Source: Candidatus Pelagibacter sp. HTCC7211 (GTDB lineage Bacteria; Pseudomonadota; Alphaproteobacteria; Pelagibacterales; Pelagibacteraceae). Taken from it: DNA of 32,000 nucleotides. The position numbers and the translations under genes are program-made. This document shows positions 9,526 to 18,862 of this stretch, in pieces. Numbering within the stretch: position 1 is the first letter of the stretch; the number at the start of each line of letters is the position of its first letter. The notes under the pieces were generated by a model that worked only from the letters and a program-made list of their open reading frames with translations, was not told where the DNA came from and ran no database searches. The DNA lies in contig NZ_DS995298.1 of NCBI RefSeq assembly GCF_000155895.1, forward strand, positions 570,001 to 602,000, in the 5' to 3' direction.

Positions 9526-9771
9526 ATGGAAGTTACAACAGGTATATTCAAAGCAGCCGAAAATATATTTAGAAATAATAAGGGTTCGATATTAAGAACT
9601 ATTGTTTATACTATTGGTCATTTTGCTATTGCAATAACTGTTCTTATGTTAGTTGCTGATGTATCATTTGTTATAGCTTTAACTGATGCAATTATAGAGC
9701 CTCTAGCTAATTCAATTTGGTATTTCATTCTTGATAAATGGTGGATTAGCAAAAATCTTAATAAAAATTAA
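9526..9771 (+). CDS. Small membrane protein, DUF2061-like
   Basis: 81 aa with two hydrophobic helices. ...ILRTIVYTIGHFAIAITV... and ...EPLANSIWYFILDKWW resemble the DUF2061 pattern as I recall it. Confidence 0.5.
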   Translation: MEVTTGIFKAAENIFRNNKGSILRTIVYTIGHFAIAITVLMLVADVSFVIALTDAIIEPLANSIWYFILDKWWISKNLNKN

Positions 9772-10529
9772 TTTTTTTTTTGATATTTTGTAAGTTTACT
9801 TAGTAAACCAAAATAAATACTACTAGGTAAAAAGCTCAAGAATTTTAAGATTAAAGTGAGTGTCTTAGGAAAATGTATCTCAAAATTGTTTTTATTAATT
9901 AATCCATCATAAATTTTATCTGCAGCATACTCAGAAGTCTTTAAAAATGGCATTTTAAAATCATTTTTATCGGTCATTGGCGTTTTAATAAAACCAGGTG
10001 AAACCAAACAAATACGGACATTAAATCTTTTAAAATCAAAATATAAACTTTCAGCTAAATTATTTAATGCTGACTTTGATGGACCATATCCTGTAGAATT
10101 TGGTAGTCCTCGATAACCTGCTATAGAGGAAACTATTGTAATAATACCATTTTTTTTATCTTTAAAATATTTCTCGACAGCTTTTATTGTATTAATTGTT
10201 CCAAAGAAATTAACTTTGAAAACATCTTCTATTTGTTCAATATCAATATCTTTTTCTTTTTTTGGGTTCCATGTTCCAGTTGAAAAAAAACAAATATCTA
10301 TATTTTCAAATTCATTTTTGATTTGATTGAATACTTCTGTACATTTTATTTGATCAGTTACATCGAGAGGAAAAGAAGATATATTTTCATAATCATCCGA
10401 CAACTCTTTCAAAAGTTCCTCACGTCTAGCAGATACAGCAACATTCCAGCCTTTACTTGCAAATTTAATTGCTAAAGCCTTACCTATACCTGTGCTACCA
10501 CCTGTGATCCAAATAGTTTTTTTATTCAT
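9768..10529 (-). CDS. Short-chain dehydrogenase/reductase (SDR)
   Basis: It has TGGSTGIGKALA (cofactor motif) and the YGPSK (YxxxK) catalytic motif. I start it at MNKKTIWITGG (ATG at 10529). The 22-codon N-terminal extension in the ORF track would overlap the TspO gene and looks non-coding. Confidence 0.85.
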   Translation of the reverse strand: MNKKTIWITGGSTGIGKALAIKFASKGWNVAVSARREELLKELSDDYENISSFPLDVTDQIKCTEVFNQIKNEFENIDICFFSTGTWNPKKEKDIDIEQIEDVFKVNFFGTINTIKAVEKYFKDKKNGIITIVSSIAGYRGLPNSTGYGPSKSALNNLAESLYFDFKRFNVRICLVSPGFIKTPMTDKNDFKMPFLKTSEYAADKIYDGLINKNNFEIHFPKTLTLILKFLSFLPSSIYFGLLSKLTKYQKKN

Positions 10530-10551
10530 ATTATATTGATATATTATTATC

Positions 10552-11019
10552 ATGATTAAAAATAAATTTTTAACTTTTATATTATTTTTTTTCATTACTT
10601 ATTCAGCTTCTTTAATTGGCGGATTAGCTACTATTAATTTTAAAGAGCCTTGGTATTCACAACTAATTAAACCATCGTTTAATCCACCAGATTGGATTTT
10701 CGCACCTGTTTGGACAACACTTTATTTAATGATGACAGTAGCAATTTGGTTTTATTGGCATTCAAAAAACAGAAACATGAATACAGTTTATATTTATTTT
10801 ATTCATTTAATCTTTAATACAACTTGGAGTATAATTTTTTTTGTATTCCATAATATTCTCTTAGCACTAATAGTATTAATTATATTAATCGTATTGATAA
10901 TAATTCTCATAATAAGGTTTAAACGTGTCAATCTGCTTAGCGTTTACTTAATGATTCCATATTTACTTTGGTGTTGCTTTGCATTAATTCTTAATACGAG
11001 CTTATTAATATTAAATTAA
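10552..11019 (+). CDS. tspO: TspO/MBR tryptophan-rich sensory protein
   Basis: 155 aa with five hydrophobic helices. ...WYSQLIKPSFNPPDWIFAPVWTTLYLMM... is the typical TspO signature. Confidence 0.8.
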   Translation: MIKNKFLTFILFFFITYSASLIGGLATINFKEPWYSQLIKPSFNPPDWIFAPVWTTLYLMMTVAIWFYWHSKNRNMNTVYIYFIHLIFNTTWSIIFFVFHNILLALIVLIILIVLIIILIIRFKRVNLLSVYLMIPYLLWCCFALILNTSLLILN

Positions 11020-11021
11020 AT

Positions 11022-12125
11022 ATGGATGATGTAGTAATTATTGGTGGTGGAATAATCGGTACAGCTACTGCATACTTTTTATCAAAAGAAGGAAGAAAAG
11101 TTAAAGTAATAGAAAGAGATCCCACATATAAAACCGCTTCATTCCCTTTATCATTAGGTGGATTTAGAAGACAATTTTTTCAAAAAGAAAATATCCTTTT
11201 AGGTAAATTTGCTAGAGAGTTTATCTTTAATATTCCTGAGATTTTAAAAACAGAAAAAAATCCTAATCCTACTGCTAGCATGGTAACTAATGGCTATTTA
11301 TTAATGTTTGGTCCTGAACATGCAGAAGAACAATACAGAGCTCTTGAAAATCATAAAGAGTGTGATGCAGGAACAAAAAATATTAAGGGTTCTGAGTTAT
11401 CAAATGTTTTTCCTTACATTAATAATGATGGGATTGAGACAGCCACTTACACAGACAATCAAAGCGAAGGTTGGATTGATCCATTCATGTTTCATGGTGC
11501 ATTAAAAAGTAAAGCTATTGAATTAGGAACAGAATTTATTAAAGGAGAAGTAAAAAGTATCTCAGAAATTAAAGCAAAAACTATAATATCTGCTGCTGGA
11601 TGCTGGACTAAAAAGTTGCTAGATGACATTCCTGTAGTACCCCAAAAACACACAGTTTTTAGAGTTAAGTGTCCAAAATATATAAAAGAAATGCCATTAA
11701 CTGGTGATTTAACCACCGGAGTTTATTGGAGACCAGAAGGTGGTGAGTATCTTGCAGGTTCTCCACATTCTGTATTTGATGCAGAAGATTTAGAACCAGC
11801 TTGGAATGATTTTGAGGAATTAGTTTGGCCCGCATTAGCTAAAAGAATACCAGCATTTGAAGAATTAAAATTAACTGGTGGTTGGGCAGGCTATTATGAT
11901 TGTAATAAATTAGACAACAATGCGGTTGTTGGCAAACATCCTAAATATGAAAATGTATATATGGCTTCAGGTTTTACAGGAAGAGGTTTAATGCAAGCAC
12001 CTGGAATCGGAAGAGCCTTAACAGAATTAATTACTACTGGCTCATATCAAACGATTGATATAAGTGATTTTTCAGTTGAAAGAGTGCTTGGTAATAGTGC
12101 TAGACCTGAACCTTACGTTTTATAG
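11022..12125 (+). CDS. FAD-dependent oxidoreductase (DAO / glycine-sarcosine oxidase-like family)
   Basis: The N-terminal motif is VVIIGGGIIGTATAYFL...ER and the C-terminal motif is ...ASGFTGRGLMQAPGIGRALTELI.... Both are typical of the DAO family. The substrate cannot be assigned from sequence. Confidence 0.75.
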   Translation: MDDVVIIGGGIIGTATAYFLSKEGRKVKVIERDPTYKTASFPLSLGGFRRQFFQKENILLGKFAREFIFNIPEILKTEKNPNPTASMVTNGYLLMFGPEHAEEQYRALENHKECDAGTKNIKGSELSNVFPYINNDGIETATYTDNQSEGWIDPFMFHGALKSKAIELGTEFIKGEVKSISEIKAKTIISAAGCWTKKLLDDIPVVPQKHTVFRVKCPKYIKEMPLTGDLTTGVYWRPEGGEYLAGSPHSVFDAEDLEPAWNDFEELVWPALAKRIPAFEELKLTGGWAGYYDCNKLDNNAVVGKHPKYENVYMASGFTGRGLMQAPGIGRALTELITTGSYQTIDISDFSVERVLGNSARPEPYVL

Positions 12126-12127
12126 AA

Positions 12128-13573
12128 TTAAGTCCCACAATAAGTTTGATAATTATTATTTGAGGATGGAAATTGGAATTCATCAATATTTTCTAAATTA
12201 TCGTACGGGTTTTCCAAAACGGACAGTAACTTATTGAAATTATCTAAATTATTTTCATTTGCAGCTAATAATGCTTCTTCAACTTTATGATTTCTTGGAA
12301 TTACAGTTGGATTAGTATTTTTCATAAGTTTTAAAGATTTTTCTATAGAGCCATTATTAATTAAAACTCTGTTTTTCCAGTTTTTAATCCAAGTTAAAAA
12401 TTTTTGATCTTTATAGATTTCATTACTAATAGAGTCTTTGTTCATTAAGTAACAAAAAGTATTTGTATAATCTGCTTTATTTTGTTCCATCCAATTGAGC
12501 AAATCTTCAATTATCTTTTTATCTCTTTGATCTTCTCCAAAAAAACCAAGTTTATCTCTCATCATGTTTAACCATTTTTCTTCATATATATTTTGAAAAT
12601 TATTAATAGTTTCGCTTGCTATTTTAATTGCTTCATCTTCATCTTTATCGATCACTGGTATGAGGCACTCAGCAAATCTAGCCAAATTCCATTTAGTTAT
12701 TGGTGGTTGGTTTGAAAATGAATATCTTCCAAATCTATCTATTGAACTAAATACTGTTTTTGGATCATAATGATCCATAAATGCACAAGGACCATAATCA
12801 ATAGTTTCTCCTGAGATAGCCATATTGTCTGTATTCATTACACCATGAATAAAACCAACTCGCATCCAGTTAACAACTAGCTGACATTGTTTTTCCATAA
12901 CAAGATTTAAAAGGTCTAATGCTTTATTATCAGATGTTTGAATTTCTGGATAGTGTCTATCAATTGTATAATTAACTAGAGTGTTTAAATCATCTATATT
13001 TTGTTTAGCAGCGATATATTGAAAAGTTCCTACACGAATATGGCTAGATGCTACACGTGTTAAAATCGCTCCAGGTAATAAATTTTCTCTAACAACTTTT
13101 TCTCCAGTACTAATTACAGCTAAACTTCTTGTAGTCGGAATATTTAATGCATGTATAGCCTCACTAACAATATATTCTCTAAGCATTGGTCCTAATACTG
13201 CACGTCCGTCACCACTTCTAGAGAATGATGTTTTTCCTGACCCTTTAAATTGGATATCAAAACGCTTGTTTTTATTGACCAAATGTTCACCTAATAGGAC
13301 AGCTCTTCCATCTCCCAACATAGTAAAATGACCAAACTGATGACCTGCATAAGCTTGGGCAATTGTGGAACTTCCTTCAGGTAAAACATTACCTGAAAAA
13401 ATTTTTGCTAATTCTTTTTTTGATATATTAGAAAAATCTAAATTTAATTCTTTAGCTAGTTTTTCATTTAATATTATTAATTCAGGATCTTTAACAGGCG
13501 TTGGTTTGATTACTTCTTTAAAATTATCAGAAAGTTTTGAATAGGTGTTATCAAAATGCCAACCAATGGTCAT
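12128..13573 (-). CDS. selO: Protein adenylyltransferase SelO (YdiU/UPF0061)
   Basis: 481 aa. Blocks ...AQAYAGHQFGHFTMLGDGRAVLLGE..., ...GDGRAVLGPMLREYIVSEAIHALNIPTTRSLAV... and ...HGVMNTDNMAISGETIDYGPCAFMD... align with E. coli YdiU as I remember it. Confidence 0.85.
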   Translation of the reverse strand: MTIGWHFDNTYSKLSDNFKEVIKPTPVKDPELIILNEKLAKELNLDFSNISKKELAKIFSGNVLPEGSSTIAQAYAGHQFGHFTMLGDGRAVLLGEHLVNKNKRFDIQFKGSGKTSFSRSGDGRAVLGPMLREYIVSEAIHALNIPTTRSLAVISTGEKVVRENLLPGAILTRVASSHIRVGTFQYIAAKQNIDDLNTLVNYTIDRHYPEIQTSDNKALDLLNLVMEKQCQLVVNWMRVGFIHGVMNTDNMAISGETIDYGPCAFMDHYDPKTVFSSIDRFGRYSFSNQPPITKWNLARFAECLIPVIDKDEDEAIKIASETINNFQNIYEEKWLNMMRDKLGFFGEDQRDKKIIEDLLNWMEQNKADYTNTFCYLMNKDSISNEIYKDQKFLTWIKNWKNRVLINNGSIEKSLKLMKNTNPTVIPRNHKVEEALLAANENNLDNFNKLLSVLENPYDNLENIDEFQFPSSNNNYQTYCGT

Positions 13574-13578
13574 TTAAA

Positions 13579-16347
13579 TTAAACTACTTCAGCTTGATTT
13601 TCTTTAGGCTTTACTTCTGTTTTAAACTGATTAGAAATTTTTTGAACTTCTACCGAAGATACTTTGTATTCAGCACACATAGTTTCTTCGTCTTTTCCAT
13701 GACCCGTAACCATATTAACCATGTGTTCAGGAAAATGAAAAGTTGTAAATACTATTCCTTCTTTCACTTTATCAGTGACTTCAACCTTTAAAGCTACTTC
13801 ACCTCGTCCTGAATATAGTCTTCCAATATCACCTGTATTAAGATCTCTATTTGCTGCATCGTTTGGATGAATAAGCAGAACATCTTCATCAACTATATTT
13901 ATATTTTTTGTTCTTCTAGTCATGGTTGCAGCATTATAATGTTGTAGGACTCTACTAGTCGTTAAAATTAAAGGATAATCTTTTTTATTAGTCTCTATTT
14001 CTGTTGACTCTTTCCAATCAAAGTTTTTAAGTCTTCCTTTTCCAAGTTTAAATGTTTCTGTATGAAGAATTTGTGTATCAGTTCCATCTTCTTGAACTGG
14101 CCATTGTAATCCAAGCTTACCGAGCCTTTCTCTTGTTACTCCTTTAAAGAAAGGAACCACATCTGCAATTTCCTTTAACATTTTATCTGCATCATATGTG
14201 GGTTGATCAAAACCAAGTTTTTGCATCATATCTGTTACAATAACTCCATCTGGTTTTGTACCAGGGAGTGGTGGAACCGCTCTATTAACTCTTTGTATCC
14301 TTCTTTCAGTGTTAGTAAACGTTCCATCTTTTTCTAAGAAAGTTGTTCCTGGTAATACAACCGTTGCAAGTTTAGCCGTTTCACTCATAAATATTTCTTG
14401 AACAACTAAAAGCTCTAACGAGTTCATTGCCTCAACAACATGTGCACTGTTGGGGTCTGTTTGCACAATATCTTCTCCAATAATCCATAGACCTTTTAAT
14501 TCTTTCTCAATTGCTGCCTCAAACATTTGTGGAATTTTTAATCCTGGTTTTGTTGGATGAGTTACACCATATTTTTCGGTATAAAATTTTTGATTTTTTT
14601 TATCAGCAACCTCAAAGTAACCAGCTCCTTGATGTGGTTGACAACCCATATCCGCAGCTCCTTGAACATTGTTTTGTCCTCTAAGTGGATTTACACCAAC
14701 ACCTTTTCTTCCAATATTTCCTGTAATCATTGCAAGATCTGCAATAAGCATTACTGTTTTAGACCCTTGTTCTTGTTCAGTAACTCCTAAACCATGGAAT
14801 TCCATTGAATTTTTAGCAGTTGCATAGGTTATGGCCGCTTCTTTAACCATTTGTTTGTCAACACCTGCAACACTAGCTAAATGATCTACGTCTTGTCTTT
14901 CTATTTCTTTAATAAAATTATCAAAACCTTCGGTTCTATCTCTTACAAAATCTACGTTATATAGCTTAGATTTTATAATAAAATGCAGCATCATATTCAG
15001 TACTGCAACATTAGTTCCAGGTCTTAATTTGATATGGTAATCTGCTAGTCTTGCTAATTCAGTTGTTACAGGGTCTAATACAATTAGTTTTTTACCTTTC
15101 ATTACTTGCTGTTTAATTTTTGCACCAGTTACTGGGTGAGCATTTGTTGGGTTTGCTCCAATAACTATAAAACAATCAGCATGATAAATATCTTCTGTAG
15201 AATTAGTTGCAGCACCCGTTCCGAATGTTTGTTGCATACCCCATGCTGTAGGCGAATGACAAATACGTGCACAACAATCAACACTGTTAGTTCCAACAGC
15301 TGCTCTAATCATTTTTTGAAATATATAGTTTTCTTCATTAGTACATCTTGCTGATGAAATTCCTGCAAATGCATCTGGACCATTATCTTTTACAATTCTG
15401 TTCATTTCTTTTTTTATAAAATCATACGCTTCATCCCATGAAGCTTCTTCAAACTTTCCATTTCTTTTTATTAATGGAGTTTTTAATCTGTCAGGATGAT
15501 CATAAAAACTAAATGCATATCTTCCTTTAATACAAGTATGACCGGCGTTTACTTCTGTTTCTTTAGGTGTATCAATTGCTACAACTTTATCATCTTTGAT
15601 TGATGCTTCTAAATTACAGCCAACTCCACAATATGAACATGTGGTTCTAACTTTTTTATCTACAGCTGCAGATTTAGATTGAAAAACATCAGAGATAGCA
15701 TCTGTTGGACATGTGTGTGCACAAGCTCCACAAGAAACACATGATGAGTCACCAAACATCATATCGTTATCAGTTGTAATTCTAGACTCAAATCCTCTAC
15801 CACTCATAGTTAAAACAAATGAACCTTGAATTTCGTCACAAGCTCTGACACATCTTCCACAATTAATACAATTATCTAAATTCATTCTCATATAGTCATG
15901 AGAAGTATCTCTTGGAATTCCTTTATGTTGTTTAGGACTATTGTATCTATGATCTGAGATACCAAGATCATTAGCAACAGTTTGAAGTTCACAATTATTA
16001 TTAACCTCACAACTATCACATTCCATAGGATGGTCTGTTAAAACCAATTCTACGATATTTTTTCTAAGATCTTTTAATGATTCATTTGATGTAAAGATAT
16101 GTTGATTTTCAGCAACGGGTGTATGACAAGATGCAACAACTCTTGTTGGACCATCTTTTTCAAGCGCAACCTCAACAGAGCACACTCTGCAAGCTCCATA
16201 TGGAGCAAGGTTTGGATCATCGCAAAGAGTTGGAACTTTCTTTTCTCCAACATAACTTTTAACAAATTTTAATATTGATGTATGATTAGCACCAATTTCA
16301 TAGGGCTTTCCGTCAATATAAGCAATTTTTCTTTTTTCAGAACTCAT
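13579..16347 (-). CDS. fdsA: NAD-dependent formate dehydrogenase alpha subunit (molybdopterin; N-terminal 2Fe-2S and 4Fe-4S domains)
   Basis: 922 aa. The N-terminus carries NuoG-like Fe-S cysteine clusters (CRVCSVEV, CDSCEVNNNCELQ, CINCGRCVRAC, CVSCGACAHTCP) followed by a molybdopterin oxidoreductase body (CSYCGVGC...). It lies beside fdsB and fdhD. There is no in-frame TGA, so it is a Cys-type enzyme rather than a Sec-type. Confidence 0.9.
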   Translation of the reverse strand: MSSEKRKIAYIDGKPYEIGANHTSILKFVKSYVGEKKVPTLCDDPNLAPYGACRVCSVEVALEKDGPTRVVASCHTPVAENQHIFTSNESLKDLRKNIVELVLTDHPMECDSCEVNNNCELQTVANDLGISDHRYNSPKQHKGIPRDTSHDYMRMNLDNCINCGRCVRACDEIQGSFVLTMSGRGFESRITTDNDMMFGDSSCVSCGACAHTCPTDAISDVFQSKSAAVDKKVRTTCSYCGVGCNLEASIKDDKVVAIDTPKETEVNAGHTCIKGRYAFSFYDHPDRLKTPLIKRNGKFEEASWDEAYDFIKKEMNRIVKDNGPDAFAGISSARCTNEENYIFQKMIRAAVGTNSVDCCARICHSPTAWGMQQTFGTGAATNSTEDIYHADCFIVIGANPTNAHPVTGAKIKQQVMKGKKLIVLDPVTTELARLADYHIKLRPGTNVAVLNMMLHFIIKSKLYNVDFVRDRTEGFDNFIKEIERQDVDHLASVAGVDKQMVKEAAITYATAKNSMEFHGLGVTEQEQGSKTVMLIADLAMITGNIGRKGVGVNPLRGQNNVQGAADMGCQPHQGAGYFEVADKKNQKFYTEKYGVTHPTKPGLKIPQMFEAAIEKELKGLWIIGEDIVQTDPNSAHVVEAMNSLELLVVQEIFMSETAKLATVVLPGTTFLEKDGTFTNTERRIQRVNRAVPPLPGTKPDGVIVTDMMQKLGFDQPTYDADKMLKEIADVVPFFKGVTRERLGKLGLQWPVQEDGTDTQILHTETFKLGKGRLKNFDWKESTEIETNKKDYPLILTTSRVLQHYNAATMTRRTKNINIVDEDVLLIHPNDAANRDLNTGDIGRLYSGRGEVALKVEVTDKVKEGIVFTTFHFPEHMVNMVTGHGKDEETMCAEYKVSSVEVQKISNQFKTEVKPKENQAEVV

Positions 16348-18002
16348 TAATTATCCTTAACCATATCATTTTTCATTTCATCTCCAAAGTACTTAAGAAT
16401 ATTCATTATTGGAGTAGGGATTGCTCCACAAAGAGCACATAAACATCCTTTTTGCATCGTAACTAGTAATTCATTAAGCAATTTAAGGGGAATTTTTGCT
16501 GTTTTTTTCTTTGCTTGGTCAAACATTTCTTTACCCCTGTATGATCCTAGTCTTCCAGGAAAACATTTTCCACACGATTCTTCAGCAGAAAATTCAAATA
16601 GATGATGAATATATTCTGACATTGAAAAATCTTTTGGAATACTTACCACACTTGCATGTCCTAGCATAAATCCTTTTGCAGTAAATTCTTGAAAATCTAA
16701 ATTTAAATTATCAATCTCAGCTAAAGGCACAACACCGCCTAATGGACCTCCTATTTGAAATGCTTTGACAGCTTCTTTATATCCACCACCAATTTCTTCA
16801 AATATTTTTTTCATAGATGTTCCCATATCAATTTCGTAGACACCTGGATTATTAAAAAAACTATCAAGACACACTAATTTTGTTCCTGCAGATTTTTTAT
16901 TTCCTATAGCTGAAAATTTTTCAGAACCATTAATTAAAATACCAGTTGCAGCAGCTAAAGTTTCTACATTATTTACGACAGTTGGTTTTTTATATAAACC
17001 TTCTGTAACAGGAAAAGGGGGTCTAACATCTACCTCTGCTCGTCTTCCTTCGATAGATGCAATCAATGCAGTTTCTTCACCACAAATATAAGCACCCTGA
17101 CCAATACAAATTCCTAAATCAAAAGAAAAATCTGTTCCTAAAATATTTTCACCTAAAAGATTTAATTTTTTAAGTTCGTTAATACATCCATTAATAGCCT
17201 CAATAGATTTTGGATATTCACCTCTTATATACAAAACACCTTCATCACTTCCAATCACTAGACCACAAATTACCATTCCAAAGATAACTTTTAATGGTTG
17301 ATCTTCTAACAAGTATCTATCCGAAAAGGCGCCTGAATCTCCTTCATCTGCATTGCAAAGAACATATTTTTTATCACCTTTTGCTTTACTACAAAAATCC
17401 CATTTCATTCCTGTAGGAAAACCTGCGCCACCTCTACCAGTTAGATTAGAGTCTAATAATGATTTAATGATTTCTTTTTTATCAACTTTTAAAAATTTGT
17501 TTAATTGATCTTTAAATTGGTCTGTCGATGAAAACTTATCATCCATTAAAAAACTTGTTGTAGCAAAACTTTTTGAAAAAAATTTTTCTTGTTTGATATC
17601 TTCACCTTTTAAAATTTGATCAATTTTTTCTATATCTTTTCCTGCATAATTTTCACCATCATAGTGAAATGCATTATTTTCATAACAATGACCAAGACAA
17701 AACATTTCACCAACTTTATCATCACCAAGTTTTTCTTTTAGAGTGTCTTTTAGTTTTTCTTGTGTTCCTGCACACATACATGCACTACCATTACACACAA
17801 ATGCTTTTTTTTCTCTGTGAGCAGGTCTTAAAAATTCATAAAAAGACTCTGCCCCATGAAGAGTTGACACTCCAAGATTATGTTTTTTGGCAATTTCCTT
17901 AATATCTTGAGGTTTTTCACTTAATGTATTTTCTGAAATTTGTTTAAATAGATTATCTTTTAATCCTATTCTTCCAGATAAATTACTTATGTTTTTTGAC
18001 AC
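16347..18002 (-). CDS. fdsB: Formate dehydrogenase beta subunit (NuoF-like FMN/NAD module with an N-terminal NuoE-like 2Fe-2S domain)
   Basis: GRGGAGFPTGMKW is the NuoF FMN/NADH motif. The C-terminal CGKC...C...C cluster is a 4Fe-4S signature. The N-terminal CNGSAC...CLGHC (Cx4C...Cx3C) is a NuoE-type 2Fe-2S pattern. The stop overlaps the fdsA ATG by 1 nt. Confidence 0.85.
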   Translation of the reverse strand: MSKNISNLSGRIGLKDNLFKQISENTLSEKPQDIKEIAKKHNLGVSTLHGAESFYEFLRPAHREKKAFVCNGSACMCAGTQEKLKDTLKEKLGDDKVGEMFCLGHCYENNAFHYDGENYAGKDIEKIDQILKGEDIKQEKFFSKSFATTSFLMDDKFSSTDQFKDQLNKFLKVDKKEIIKSLLDSNLTGRGGAGFPTGMKWDFCSKAKGDKKYVLCNADEGDSGAFSDRYLLEDQPLKVIFGMVICGLVIGSDEGVLYIRGEYPKSIEAINGCINELKKLNLLGENILGTDFSFDLGICIGQGAYICGEETALIASIEGRRAEVDVRPPFPVTEGLYKKPTVVNNVETLAAATGILINGSEKFSAIGNKKSAGTKLVCLDSFFNNPGVYEIDMGTSMKKIFEEIGGGYKEAVKAFQIGGPLGGVVPLAEIDNLNLDFQEFTAKGFMLGHASVVSIPKDFSMSEYIHHLFEFSAEESCGKCFPGRLGSYRGKEMFDQAKKKTAKIPLKLLNELLVTMQKGCLCALCGAIPTPIMNILKYFGDEMKNDMVKDN

Positions 18003-18019
18003 CGTTACCCTTTTTTAAA

Positions 18020-18859
18020 TTAATCCACATTAACTTTTTTGTTATTTGTGTAAATATTAAAACTATCTCTCTTTACGAAACCAATAAGGGTCATGTCAAA
18101 CTTATTCGCTAGGTCTATAGCAAGACTAGTTGGCGCACCAACTCCTATCATTATGCCAATATTAGTCATTAATACTTTTTGGACCAATTCAAAATTTAAT
18201 CTGCCTGAACAGGTTATAAATTGATTTTTTGGCTCTAGTTTTCCATTAATTAATATACTACCCACAAGTTTATCTAGCGCATTATGTCTTCCGACATCCT
18301 CTTTAAGATCAATAAGTTGACCATTACTACTAAATAGACCGCTAGCATGGATTCCTCCAGTTTTACTAAATTCTGACTGATTATTTTTTAAAATATTTGG
18401 CGACTCAATAATGACCTCTTTTGAAATTTGTGGTTCAACAGAGCTTGTTTTATCTTTTTTAATTATTTCTAAAGCATCTAATGATGATTTACCACATACA
18501 CCACAAGATGAATTTGTTAAAAAATCTCTTTTAATTTTAGAAATATTAACGTTCTGAGAATTATTAAGTGTTGCTAAAATTTTGTTTTGAATATTATATT
18601 GACCTACTTTTTTTCCATAACTTTCTATGGAGTCAATATCTTTAATATCTTGAACTATTTGTTCGTTAAATAGAAATCCTCTTACTAGATTTTCATCATC
18701 ACCTGGCGTTCTCATTGTAATAGAAAGATTTTGTGTAATCCAGTTATTTTCATCTTTATATTTTAACGAAATTTCTAAAGGCTCTTCAATTGAAATTAAG
18801 TCATCAATTGACTCAAATTTCTTTGAGTTAAATTTTAAAACTTTATATTTTGAATTCAT
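18020..18859 (-). CDS. fdhD: Formate dehydrogenase accessory sulfurtransferase FdhD
   Basis: 279 aa. It has the conserved ...SSCGVCGKSS... cysteine motif and ...VGRHNALDKLVG..., both typical of FdhD. Confidence 0.9.
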   Translation of the reverse strand: MNSKYKVLKFNSKKFESIDDLISIEEPLEISLKYKDENNWITQNLSITMRTPGDDENLVRGFLFNEQIVQDIKDIDSIESYGKKVGQYNIQNKILATLNNSQNVNISKIKRDFLTNSSCGVCGKSSLDALEIIKKDKTSSVEPQISKEVIIESPNILKNNQSEFSKTGGIHASGLFSSNGQLIDLKEDVGRHNALDKLVGSILINGKLEPKNQFITCSGRLNFELVQKVLMTNIGIMIGVGAPTSLAIDLANKFDMTLIGFVKRDSFNIYTNNKKVNVD

Positions 18860-18862
18860 AAA

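Noticed and set aside
10530-10595. A 22-codon N-terminal extension of the SDR ORF
   Set aside because: The extension (MKKNNIKVKNLFLIMIIIYQYN) precedes the canonical SDR N-terminus and would overlap the divergent TspO gene. The internal ATG at 10529 gives the standard distance to the TGGSTGIG motif.
13537-13791. An 84-aa plus-strand ORF across the selO/fdsA junction, together with other antisense ORFs (2224-2415, 3367-3573, 4501-4743, 5570-5785, 8647-8874, 11308-11505, 11492-11716, 14557-14790, 15106-15354, 16074-16265, 17669-17902, 20144-20347, 20584-20799, 21575-21778, 21890-22294, 21950-22216, 27967-28173, 30305-30625)
   Set aside because: All lie inside, or in alternative frames of, well-supported genes. 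They have low-complexity or Cys/Phe/Ile-rich shadow-frame composition and no motifs, which is typical of spurious ORFs in AT-rich DNA.
13579-16347. Selenocysteine (TGA recoding) in the formate dehydrogenase alpha subunit
   Set aside because: The 922-codon frame is uninterrupted with no in-frame TGA, so this is a Cys-type enzyme.
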